Sequence record: KX397373.1
Strand: one strand, 5' to 3'
Length of the DNA: 64,000 bases
The position numbers were made by a program, and so were the translations under genes. Below are positions 46,733 to 55,136 of the stretch, piece after piece. Within the stretch, counting starts at the first letter, position 1; each line of letters opens with the position of its first letter. Under the pieces are notes generated by a model. It made no database searches. It saw only the letters and a list, made by a program, of their open reading frames with translations, and was not told where the DNA came from.

Positions 46733-47841
46733 CGCGTGTAGTGACATTAACCGGGGGCGTTGATTCTTCCTGGAATCTGATGAATATGATTAACCGTGCG
46801 GGAATGAACGAAAGCATCCGTCCACTCTACATGGATTTCAAACAAGGTCAGGATGCGTCCTTTGCTGAGTTTGTTCTGGGTAGCGAAATCGCCCAACGGT
46901 TGCTGAAACAAAGTCAAGGTTATCAATCTCTTTTGCAGTGGATTTCACCCCCGGATAATTTCTTCCCGGAAGTCCGCGTAACACAGCATCACCAGTTGGG
47001 TAGTCGGTTGACCCAGCAGGGCTACACTATATTGGGCGTGGCTTGGGTAATGAATAAAGTGTTGGGACAATCGCCAGGTTCTACGGCAACGGTTGGCTGG
47101 AATATGGCGGACACCGTAGAAGCTTCTGGTGCGCAAGCCGAATGGTCTATTGAGGACTATGCACGGTTGAAGCGGATGTATAGCGACCTTATCTATTTTC
47201 AGGACCACGGTTATCGCGCAGCACCGTTGCTTACCCCCGCCTGGGAAATGGATAAGTTTGAGATGTGGTCTGCGCTTCCTGCGAACGTGCAAGAACTCAT
47301 CACAGTTGCTTCGCACTACGAAATCGGTATTCGTTATATTCCCGGTGAAGAATACTTCTATATTGAAACCCAACTGCGCGGTTGCGGGAAAGCTCTCCGC
47401 TACCAACGTCGCGGCATTGTATTAACCCATGCCTGGCGTATTAAGCTGGACGATGAATTCTATCGGCGGGTGTATAGTGGCAACTTCCCAGCTGAAAACT
47501 TGGGTGGTGGGCCTCGCAAGTTCTTGAAAGAGCTTAAGCAGAAGCGTGACCCGTTCCGGGAACTGACAATCGGTCTTGAAGACGCATCGTTGGATATACG
47601 TTCTTACAACGAGGAAGAGTGGGAGAAAGAAAAACTCGACCTTGAACTGCGTTGGGCGGCGTACAATGGCGAAGAAAGTGAAAATCTGGACGCTCCAGAT
47701 GGCGAAGTGGCGAGTAGCCGAAGCGAAGGGGATTCCGGCGATCAACACAACGGTGAAGTCGGGTCTGAAACATCTGGCACCGACGTGGGACTTTCTGAGC
47801 GTGTATCAGAAGTCGGACAAGGGGCCGCAAGCGCAAGCTGA
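46729..47841 (+). CDS. QueC-like PP-loop (adenine nucleotide alpha hydrolase) protein
   Basis: N-terminal VVTLTGGVDSS PP-loop followed by LYMDF..GQ...E; Zn-binding Cys cluster mostly missing. Confidence 0.6.
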   Translation: MTRVVTLTGGVDSSWNLMNMINRAGMNESIRPLYMDFKQGQDASFAEFVLGSEIAQRLLKQSQGYQSLLQWISPPDNFFPEVRVTQHHQLGSRLTQQGYTILGVAWVMNKVLGQSPGSTATVGWNMADTVEASGAQAEWSIEDYARLKRMYSDLIYFQDHGYRAAPLLTPAWEMDKFEMWSALPANVQELITVASHYEIGIRYIPGEEYFYIETQLRGCGKALRYQRRGIVLTHAWRIKLDDEFYRRVYSGNFPAENLGGGPRKFLKELKQKRDPFRELTIGLEDASLDIRSYNEEEWEKEKLDLELRWAAYNGEESENLDAPDGEVASSRSEGDSGDQHNGEVGSETSGTDVGLSERVSEVGQGAASAS

Positions 47842-48049
47842 TTATACCCGTTTGTACAATTTGAAGTTAGACCGGTTGTTAGATGAGGACGCGGAGAAGC
47901 TCGTGGAGATTCTTCGGATGGGGGAAGTGGCACTAATGTGTTATTGCCCTGCTGGCCAATTCTGCCACCGATATTTGTTAGTCGAGAAACTGCGTGAAGT
48001 AGCTGAATGGTTCGGTTATGAATTCGAGTACGCAGGAGAGTTAACCTAA
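47666..48049 (+). CDS. DUF488-like protein
   Basis: LAPTWD...Y...Y...L and ALMCYC....FCHRYLL motifs; start at the ATG at 47666, overlapping the QueC-like tail by 176 nt. Confidence 0.7.
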   Translation: MAKKVKIWTLQMAKWRVAEAKGIPAINTTVKSGLKHLAPTWDFLSVYQKSDKGPQAQADYTRLYNLKLDRLLDEDAEKLVEILRMGEVALMCYCPAGQFCHRYLLVEKLREVAEWFGYEFEYAGELT

Positions 48050-48052
48050 AGG

Positions 48053-48496
48053 ATGATGAACATGAAATTAATTATGCCCGCTAAAACTATCAACAACTTT
48101 GACTACAACGCAATGATGAACGTGAACTCGTTGCGCGGTATTGTGCAAAATGCTGCACGTCGTCTGGAAGCAGAAATCGTTGAGTGTGACTACGAAGAGT
48201 TTGTAAAGTATTCCTTCGTAGGTGAAGCGTACCGTATTGCGCTCTACCATGCGTTGTATGCTGATGACATCAGCGATGTGAAGAACTACCTCTCGCGCTG
48301 TGTTGAAGTCTTCCAGGGCGAACGCGAAGAGATGGCCTTCGTCGATGGGGAGTTCCCGGATTATGTCCGTGCCGGATTCGATAAGCTGTTGACCAACATC
48401 AACAAGAAGCTGGAAGCCAACGGTGTATCCGGTGCTTTTGGTAATGTGTCCCCGTCCTATTACGATAAAGATGCCAAGCAAACCCTGCTTCACTAA
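48053..48496 (+). CDS. Hypothetical protein
   Basis: 147 aa, CCTAAAGGA RBS. Confidence 0.75.
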   Translation: MMNMKLIMPAKTINNFDYNAMMNVNSLRGIVQNAARRLEAEIVECDYEEFVKYSFVGEAYRIALYHALYADDISDVKNYLSRCVEVFQGEREEMAFVDGEFPDYVRAGFDKLLTNINKKLEANGVSGAFGNVSPSYYDKDAKQTLLH

Positions 48497-48509
48497 GCAG
48501 TGTGTGTCG

Positions 48510-48544
48510 CCCTACTCCTCACGGAGTAGGGTTCTTCTTTTTTT
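48510..48544 (+). terminator. Intrinsic terminator
   Basis: CCCTACTCC-TCAC-GGAGTAGGG followed by a T tract. Confidence 0.8.
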
Positions 48545-48559
48545 AGCCTAAAAATATTC

Positions 48560-48579
48560 AGATAGATATTATCTCAGTG
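48560..48579 (+). promoter_or_regulatory. Putative early promoter
   Basis: AGATAGATATTATCTCAGTG, followed by an ATGTGT/ACGCAT hairpin. Confidence 0.75.
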
Positions 48580-48639
48580 AATGTGTGAAATTTACGCATA
48601 CCCCAGTCGATATGTATTGTCCCTTAAGGAGCATTTTCC

Positions 48640-49047
48640 ATGACTCAAAAAGTACAGAATAGCGGTATGTCTGGTGCCATCGGCAAGAACCTTTTTAAGG
48701 TTGCTTGTGTGGAAGTTGCAACGGATGTAGAAGGTGAAGGGGAAGTGAAACTGATGCGCCGGGTGATTGACCTGGTGAACAAACACAACGAAAGTGACGC
48801 TGATTTCAAACTGGAAATCCTCCCCATTCCCCGTTGGCCTTTCGGTCAACGTACCATGATTGTCTTCGAGCGTTTCATGAACTGTCTGCGAACGTTTGAA
48901 AGCGACCCAAACCGTACCAGCGCAGCTATGTTGGAAAGTGCTTCTGTTCTCGCTGCTAACTTTGATAAACCCGTTGCTGTTGTCGGTGCAGGACGTCCAA
49001 TCGGTCAGGGCTTCTTGTCTGAGCTGATTAAACGTAACGCGCGCTAA
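48640..49047 (+). CDS. Hypothetical early protein
   Basis: 135 aa, AAGGAG RBS. Confidence 0.8.
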   Translation: MTQKVQNSGMSGAIGKNLFKVACVEVATDVEGEGEVKLMRRVIDLVNKHNESDADFKLEILPIPRWPFGQRTMIVFERFMNCLRTFESDPNRTSAAMLESASVLAANFDKPVAVVGAGRPIGQGFLSELIKRNAR

Positions 49048-49072
49048 CCTAACCCCCTGAAGGAGTATTACC

Positions 49073-49591
49073 GTGTCATTAACCATTAACATGAATTTCT
49101 TTACCAAGCGGGAGCGGCAGGTACTGGAGTCCGGTGCTGCTGCCGTGTCACCTGACCTGAACATTGACCCGCTTAAAGCCAAAGTCGCTGAGATGTTCCC
49201 CGTTGGCGAATGGGATATCTGGTACTTCCGCTGCCGCAGTGTGGCGAACGCTTTAACTCAGCTGTCGAATTACCATCCGTCGGCCCGCGCGGAAGACTGG
49301 ATTTGGCGTGTACCCCGCACACCGACATCGGTGATGTACGAAGGGGGTGAGAAGCAGGTTTACATCAAACCCGTGGCTAACCCGCCCCGTCTGAACGAAT
49401 TCCTGGAAGTTATCTGGGACAGACCGCGGGAAGAACTGCGTGCAATTGTTAACGTCTTAAGCGCGTTGCAAATTGACGGCGTGATGGGACTTCGCATGGA
49501 ATCCCGTGATGACAAGAAGTCGTACTGGGAACTGTCGTGGACAGAACCTAAGTTCGAAAACGTCAACCTTATTTTCCTGCACCGGGGGTAG
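49073..49591 (+). CDS. Hypothetical protein
   Basis: 172 aa; GTG start after AAGGAG. Confidence 0.8.
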   Translation: MSLTINMNFFTKRERQVLESGAAAVSPDLNIDPLKAKVAEMFPVGEWDIWYFRCRSVANALTQLSNYHPSARAEDWIWRVPRTPTSVMYEGGEKQVYIKPVANPPRLNEFLEVIWDRPREELRAIVNVLSALQIDGVMGLRMESRDDKKSYWELSWTEPKFENVNLIFLHRG

Positions 49592-49594
49592 GGT

Positions 49595-49885
49595 ATGTTG
49601 GATTGGTTATTGGGTCTCATTAACAAACGCCAGGCACAACTTTATAAAGAGAACCAGGAGCTGCGTAAGTACAAACAGGGCTGGGACAAACTGGCGACTG
49701 CGGCAGTTCAGTCTCAAGCGGCACTTGCCCTTACTGCGAAGTTTATTGCCGCTGGCCGTACGCACACTGTTGCAGATGCACAGAAGCTCGTCGAATTAGC
49801 CGAAGAACTTGGTCTCAAAGTAGACCATGCCATTTATCATCAATTAGAAGCGGAGAAATGCAATGGGAAACGTAACAGTAACTGA
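49595..49885 (+). CDS. Hypothetical coiled-coil protein
   Basis: 96 aa within the operon. Confidence 0.7.
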   Translation: MLDWLLGLINKRQAQLYKENQELRKYKQGWDKLATAAVQSQAALALTAKFIAAGRTHTVADAQKLVELAEELGLKVDHAIYHQLEAEKCNGKRNSN

Positions 49886-50273
49886 CCCGAAAGAAGAATT
49901 GGCACTGGCACTTAAGTCAATGGAAATTCACCAGTTGCAGAGTCTCCAGCATGAAACGGCCGGGCAACGTGATCACTTCATCACTGTGGCACAAGCAGCG
50001 ATTAACCTGAATAAGGTCTTGCTGCAAAAGCTGTACAACTTAGAACACGCAACCATCCATGCCAAAGGTTTGGCCGATGCTTCGGAGAAAGTTACCGACG
50101 TCCGCCTGTTCGCGTCTAATCAGATGGAGAAAGTACAAAATGAATGGGATGTTGCCTGCAATGGTGAACGTAGTACCAATGACCCCCGCAAAGTTGGAAC
50201 GAAACCGGGACTCTTCGTCGGTGACACAACCGTCTCTGAATATCTCGGCTTCAATCGGGATGGCCATCGCTAA
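49863..50273 (+). CDS. Hypothetical coiled-coil protein
   Basis: 136 aa, GGAG RBS. Confidence 0.7.
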   Translation: MGNVTVTDPKEELALALKSMEIHQLQSLQHETAGQRDHFITVAQAAINLNKVLLQKLYNLEHATIHAKGLADASEKVTDVRLFASNQMEKVQNEWDVACNGERSTNDPRKVGTKPGLFVGDTTVSEYLGFNRDGHR

Positions 50274-50769
50274 CGAGTTAATGCGTCTGGGGATTACAAA
50301 GCTGGATTATATCCATCCGGCTTTACACCCGACTGCGGATAACATGGAAGCGAAGTTCTGGTATGACCAGGCCAAGGCCATGGGTATCAAGCAGTTGGTA
50401 CGCAGTCTAATCAAACTGACGTACCTGTCTGGGTTTATTGAGCATCCGTTATACCACGAGTTAATGATGCTCCAGTGTGCGGAACCGGTCACGCCGGACG
50501 AAATGGTTGAACGGATGTATCGGGTATTTGAGAACGCGACCGAGTGTCACTTCCCAGACATCCGCGAATGTACGGTCGAATTTAAACGGGGTAATGATTG
50601 TGGACTCTACTTCGAATGCGAACCTGTCTGGCATGTCGCCGATGGAGATTGCAAAGTACCTGATGCAGGGCGGTTTATTGGCGGACACGCCGGAGACAGC
50701 AGCGAAGATAATAACAACGTTGATGGTCACCAAAGGGCCTTACCACGAGGTCGTCTTCCTTGGGAGTGA
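50260..50769 (+). CDS. Hypothetical protein
   Basis: Start moved to the ATG at 50260. Confidence 0.6.
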   Translation: MAIANELMRLGITKLDYIHPALHPTADNMEAKFWYDQAKAMGIKQLVRSLIKLTYLSGFIEHPLYHELMMLQCAEPVTPDEMVERMYRVFENATECHFPDIRECTVEFKRGNDCGLYFECEPVWHVADGDCKVPDAGRFIGGHAGDSSEDNNNVDGHQRALPRGRLPWE

Positions 50770-50917
50770 GATTTGTGTGCGGACATTGTGTCGTCGGCAT
50801 GAAGCGGGGCGGGTTCCGTTAACACTAGGCGGGGTACTATTGCTGATGTCACACGCTGACCACTATGTTAACGATTGCATGATGTGGGTTGCAAAAGGTG
50901 GGGACAATGGGTTTTAG
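50633..50917 (+). CDS. Hypothetical protein overlapping the previous gene's tail
   Basis: MSPMEIAKYLMQGG...; fills the gap to the next gene; start uncertain. Confidence 0.45.
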   Translation: MSPMEIAKYLMQGGLLADTPETAAKIITTLMVTKGPYHEVVFLGSEICVRTLCRRHEAGRVPLTLGGVLLLMSHADHYVNDCMMWVAKGGDNGF

Positions 50918-51260
50918 TAAACGCGGTACGGTCGTCTTTCAGAAAGGGCACGCTCGTCTCTATAAAGGCAAGAAGCTCATCCATACGTTTAAGTACGAAG
51001 AAAACCAGTTAATCATTAACGTTGTTATTCTTGGCCTTGCTTCTAAATGGACGCCGTTAGATAAGACATTAGCTGGTCGGGCGATGGCGAAGCTTCGTTG
51101 GAAACAACGTATGGCGTGGAGAGCACCTCTCCCAGCGGAAGCCTTCATGGTACAACCACGACACCCACACATCATCACCTCGGCCATTATTTCGAAGATT
51201 GGTGTTGCGGACCTGAATAAGATGATAACTGTCAGAGGAGAGACACATGACGCAGGATGA
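50907..51260 (+). CDS. Hypothetical basic protein
   Basis: Start moved to MGFSKRG. Confidence 0.6.
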   Translation: MGFSKRGTVVFQKGHARLYKGKKLIHTFKYEENQLIINVVILGLASKWTPLDKTLAGRAMAKLRWKQRMAWRAPLPAEAFMVQPRHPHIITSAIISKIGVADLNKMITVRGETHDAG

Positions 51261-51654
51261 AAAAGAACTTCACTTCCCGTTGTACAATCAAACCGATATT
51301 CCGGAACCTGGTCGACGTGTGTTGTTCCATATCGTCAGCCCGGTAGATTCTGGGATACGTGACCCCGAAGGTTCCAGCTGGAAGACCGGTTATCTGGTCA
51401 AAGGAATTTCGAAGGAAGAACGCTTTATGCTTCCAGACGGTGACCCACGTAAAACGTCCTGGCAGCAAGGTGATGAAGAAGGGAACAACCAACGTCCTTT
51501 CTCCTGGCAAACCGACAGTCCGATGTCGTACCACGGCCAGTTGGTTGATTGTTGGATGGAACTGCCGCGTGAGTTAAATGCGAAACTTAGTGCGCAACAC
51601 AAAGCAGACCAACAGCATCGTGAGGAAATGGCTGCATTTTACAGAAGTTTATAA
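51247..51654 (+). CDS. Hypothetical protein
   Basis: 135 aa, GAGGAG RBS. Confidence 0.75.
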   Translation: MTQDEKELHFPLYNQTDIPEPGRRVLFHIVSPVDSGIRDPEGSSWKTGYLVKGISKEERFMLPDGDPRKTSWQQGDEEGNNQRPFSWQTDSPMSYHGQLVDCWMELPRELNAKLSAQHKADQQHREEMAAFYRSL

Positions 51655-51676
51655 TTAAACCCTTAAGGAGTATGAA

Positions 51677-52930
51677 ATGTTAAAACCGCGCAAACAAGTC
51701 CGTCTGCAAATGGTGAAAGTAGAATTGTCACGTAGTTCCCGTGCAGACAGCGCCAATATCTACCTTGGCAAAAAGTTGTTGAAACGTATTGACCGTAAGA
51801 CCTTATACGAGGCAGGCAAACATGTCCGCGATATCGTTGAAGATCGCAACGGCGAAAAAGGGGATTATTTCCAGTTACGCAAACCACTGCGTGACGCCTA
51901 CCGATTCACGCAACTCGAGTGGTTGCTCAGCTGGGTACCGGGACGGAATACGCTGTACATGCTGCGCAAGTTTCCACGCCCGGTAGTAACCGCAGCAATG
52001 AAGAAAGCCCAGGAAGAAGCGTTCAGAGACATCCTGGACTCCTGGGATATGCCCACCATGTTAACTCGCAACGTTGAACCGTCACCCGAGATCAAAAAGC
52101 TTTACGATCGGCTCCGTGAGAGACACGCAGGTAAACCATTGACGGTTATTGTACCGAGCGCACCGCGCCTGCCAGGACGTTCGTCGTTTGAAGCGTATGT
52201 ACGCAGTGGTGCAATGTGTTCTCCGGCACATCAACGTATGCTAGACATTCAGGCTGCGTTAGATTTGCTCGGGGTGAAAGATTTCAAAGCCCTGCGGATA
52301 AGTGATGTGGATATGTCCGGTATTGACGAGCCTGAGCGTAAGTTCCATGCTGCGTCTGTCCTGGTGACCCTGGGTGGTAAACCGCTCGACCGCAAAGAGA
52401 ACTCTCGACTGGCCAGTATCATCACCAGCTTCCTGACTGAGTTCCGGCGTCAGGTTGGTGTCGAGCGTATGTTGGCCTACCCGTCCACTGGCCCACAGAT
52501 TCATCGTTGGTTAGCCCACATCGGTACTATCGTCCCCACGTTAGGTACATTGCCGAAACGTGAAAATGCCATTGACTTCTTAACTGAACAGCAGTGGGGT
52601 GTGTTCGGGGTGAATTTCCACGAACTCATTAAGTCGGTTCACGTCTCCTTGTGTTTGTTGGATAAGAGCGAACGCCACGGTCGTATTGGGGCAATGGGTG
52701 ACCATTTCCCAAACGGTGAGCTGGATATTTACGCTTGGCCATCCCAGCGTATTACCGATAAAGAAATAGATATTGACAGTATGCCGTTATTGCACGTCGG
52801 TGAAGTCGATGGTGCGAAATACTTTGCGCAAGTTCTCAAAGCGCGTAAAGCAGGCAAAGGTCAAGAGTTCACAATTGACTCACTCGGTGCGTTTAATAAA
52901 GAAGACCCTAAAGGAGAAAGTGATGCTTAA
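51677..52930 (+). CDS. Hypothetical protein starting MLKPRK
   Basis: 417 aa, AAGGAG RBS. Confidence 0.8.
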   Translation: MLKPRKQVRLQMVKVELSRSSRADSANIYLGKKLLKRIDRKTLYEAGKHVRDIVEDRNGEKGDYFQLRKPLRDAYRFTQLEWLLSWVPGRNTLYMLRKFPRPVVTAAMKKAQEEAFRDILDSWDMPTMLTRNVEPSPEIKKLYDRLRERHAGKPLTVIVPSAPRLPGRSSFEAYVRSGAMCSPAHQRMLDIQAALDLLGVKDFKALRISDVDMSGIDEPERKFHAASVLVTLGGKPLDRKENSRLASIITSFLTEFRRQVGVERMLAYPSTGPQIHRWLAHIGTIVPTLGTLPKRENAIDFLTEQQWGVFGVNFHELIKSVHVSLCLLDKSERHGRIGAMGDHFPNGELDIYAWPSQRITDKEIDIDSMPLLHVGEVDGAKYFAQVLKARKAGKGQEFTIDSLGAFNKEDPKGESDA

Positions 52931-53153
52931 GCCACGTAAACGTAAAGATACCGCCGTGGTAATGCGCGGAAAGAACGGTGGTCTGGTCGGCTACAATCGT
53001 AATGGTCGAATTGTGATTACACAAGAAGCCATCGATGGGATTCATCTGGTGTACAGTACCGCATACCGTTACCCACAAGCAAATAAGCTGGTGCGTGAAG
53101 TATTACGCAGGACCGAAACACGTTCAGCCTCGAGGGCTATGAATCATGCTTAA
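52923..53153 (+). CDS. Small basic protein starting MLKPRKRK
   Basis: Start moved to the ATG at 52923 after CCTAAAGGAG. Confidence 0.7.
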   Translation: MLKPRKRKDTAVVMRGKNGGLVGYNRNGRIVITQEAIDGIHLVYSTAYRYPQANKLVREVLRRTETRSASRAMNHA

Positions 53154-54066
53154 GCCTAAGAAACGTAAGAACGGTGCGGTGATTCTGTCACCACGCATCT
53201 GTGTGGCGGTGGGTAAGAAACTGATTGTACAGGACGGGAAATGGGTCAGCGAAGGGTTCAGTAAATACGCTTCACTGTCCATGTGTGCAGACATGTTAAA
53301 GATGCATGGGAAAGCAGGTCGTAATCGTCGGGCACAGATGCCAAAGGTTATCCGTACTGTTGCAGGCTGGTACATGCGCTACATGAAGAAGAACTTCCCA
53401 CAAGCAGCCACAACGTTTGAAGAAGGGACTTTTGTTCGCACAGAACCCACCGCAATCGGTGGTGAACTCCCGATGCGTACTGGCACCGCGTTGCAGCCTA
53501 GACTGTATGCTTCGCTGACTAACCGCCCGGAGTCAAAACCAACCCCACCGGAAATTGAACGTATCCTTCGTTCTAAACGCCACGCAGTTAAGAGCGCACC
53601 AAATGAGAACGGTGTCCGTCTGGAAACCGTCTTCACGCATTACGAAGAAGGTGGTTACGGTGTGTTCAGTCGTTGGGTCGATGACCAGGGTCGTCCAACC
53701 AACAGCAAAGGTGTACTGTTGAACCTGCCGGAAATCAAAGGCGTGAAACTTAAGAGTAGTGGGAACATCGAAGGTATTCCTGCGAAGCTTATCAGCACGC
53801 TGGACGATGAAACGATGGCTGATATCGTTAAGAAGTTCGGCACTGTGCAGGAACAGGCTTTGCTGGATTCCCTCAATCCGGAAACTGCATCCGAATATAC
53901 ACCTGAGAAAGCGCAGGATGTGTTAGCGATTATTGTGAAACGGTTTGTGGAAAAAGAGTTGAAGGTAACGCTGCCCCACAGCAAGGTTGACGTGAAGTTC
54001 CGTAGCCCCACTATGGAAGACATTGATAATCTGCGTGATGCCTTACAGGAACGTGATGGGAAATAA
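53146..54066 (+). CDS. Hypothetical protein starting MLKPKKRK
   Basis: 306 aa, GAGG RBS. Confidence 0.8.
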   Translation: MLKPKKRKNGAVILSPRICVAVGKKLIVQDGKWVSEGFSKYASLSMCADMLKMHGKAGRNRRAQMPKVIRTVAGWYMRYMKKNFPQAATTFEEGTFVRTEPTAIGGELPMRTGTALQPRLYASLTNRPESKPTPPEIERILRSKRHAVKSAPNENGVRLETVFTHYEEGGYGVFSRWVDDQGRPTNSKGVLLNLPEIKGVKLKSSGNIEGIPAKLISTLDDETMADIVKKFGTVQEQALLDSLNPETASEYTPEKAQDVLAIIVKRFVEKELKVTLPHSKVDVKFRSPTMEDIDNLRDALQERDGK

Positions 54067-54074
54067 ATAAGTGG

Positions 54075-54110
54075 TACCCTACTCCTCCGGGAGTAGGGTA
54101 TTTCTTTTTT
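54075..54110 (+). terminator. Intrinsic terminator
   Basis: TACCCTACTCC-TCCG-GGAGTAGGGTA followed by a T tract. Confidence 0.85.
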
Positions 54111-54138
54111 TGTCTCAGCATTGATTAAAAATAATTTC

Positions 54139-54158
54139 AGATATATATTACTTAGGTG
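54139..54158 (+). promoter_or_regulatory. Putative early promoter with leader hairpin and TCGACCATT box
   Basis: AGATATATATTACTTAGGTG, a GAGAG/CTCTT hairpin, and TCGACCATT at 54184. Confidence 0.8.
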
Positions 54159-54213
54159 AGAGTTAATACAAATCTCTTACTAATCGACCATTTAACCTAA
54201 AGGAATTTGAATC

Positions 54214-54570
54214 ATGACTATCGTAACTACTGGTGTTCTGAATGCGCGTCTGGCAGAAACTGTTGCAGTGATTAAAGAAACTGATGCGCTTTACAATGAC
54301 CACCGTGACGGTGAGAAATACCTGAGCTATGCCGACATTAAATACTTCGGCGTAGCTTACCATCCGGAGTTCGGTCTGTGCTTAGTCGCGGCCCATTCTC
54401 CTGTACAGTCGCTGAACCGCATCACGGTTCGCGATGGCAAAGCTTACATCACCACTTGGGATGTAGGCGGTACCCTGCGTGCTGATTGGCACAAGGACGA
54501 CATGGAAGCAGCACTGAACGCGCTCATGTCAGCGAAGTACAGCAACCTGGTTGCAATCTTCAAAGCGTAA
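54214..54570 (+). CDS. Hypothetical early protein
   Basis: 118 aa, CCTAAAGGA RBS. Confidence 0.8.
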   Translation: MTIVTTGVLNARLAETVAVIKETDALYNDHRDGEKYLSYADIKYFGVAYHPEFGLCLVAAHSPVQSLNRITVRDGKAYITTWDVGGTLRADWHKDDMEAALNALMSAKYSNLVAIFKA

Positions 54571-54580
54571 GACAACCTTT

Positions 54581-54633
54581 GGCCACCACCCGGTGGCCTT
54601 TCTAATTCGACTATTACCATTAGGAGCATTACC
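54581..54633 (+). repeat. Intergenic hairpin + TCGACYATT + RBS unit, copy 2
   Basis: GGCCACCACCCGGTGGCCTTTCTAATTCGACTATTACCATTAGGAGCATTA; near-identical to 5789-5842. Confidence 0.85.
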
Positions 54634-55062
54634 ATGTTTACACTGAACTCTGAATTACGTGACTTCGTTCGCAACAACCCTAACGTTGCCTCTCTCGTTA
54701 TCGTCATCGCCGTTAATGGGCAGGACCCGAACGAATACGCTATTGAACAATACGAAGCGTTGCTCAAAGAAGCAAAACGTGCAGCGCTGTATGCACCACT
54801 GCCGAAGCGCGAACATTTCCCAGAAGGCGAACTGGGTGATACTATCTATCACGATATTCGTGCGCAATACTTCGTCAACCAACGCGTGTTCGATATTGAA
54901 CAAGCACCACTCGAAGGCCGTACCTTCGGTGACATGATTCGTAACTGGCGCGAAGAACTGATGAAAGATAACACTATCGCTGAACTCAGCAAATCTTTCA
55001 GCCAGACTTCACTGGACTTCGAGCAGCGTAACATCGCACTCGCTACCCATCGCGTTATCTAA
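54634..55062 (+). CDS. Hypothetical early protein
   Basis: 142 aa, AGGAG RBS. Confidence 0.8.
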   Translation: MFTLNSELRDFVRNNPNVASLVIVIAVNGQDPNEYAIEQYEALLKEAKRAALYAPLPKREHFPEGELGDTIYHDIRAQYFVNQRVFDIEQAPLEGRTFGDMIRNWREELMKDNTIAELSKSFSQTSLDFEQRNIALATHRVI

Positions 55063-55136
55063 GTAACACTCGGGAGAGCCTAGGCTCTCCCTTCTCTTAT
55101 ACTCATCTCAAATCTAAGACAAAAAGGAAATTCACC

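Noticed and set aside
46729-48049. Complete 7-deazaguanine DNA modification cluster
   Set aside because: No folE, queD, queE or dpdA recognisable in the window, and the QueC-like protein lacks the full Zn site.
5506-54615. TCGACYATT repeats as a possible CRISPR or mini-array
   Set aside because: Only 9 nt, irregularly spaced and separated by whole genes; no repeat-spacer periodicity and no cas genes seen.
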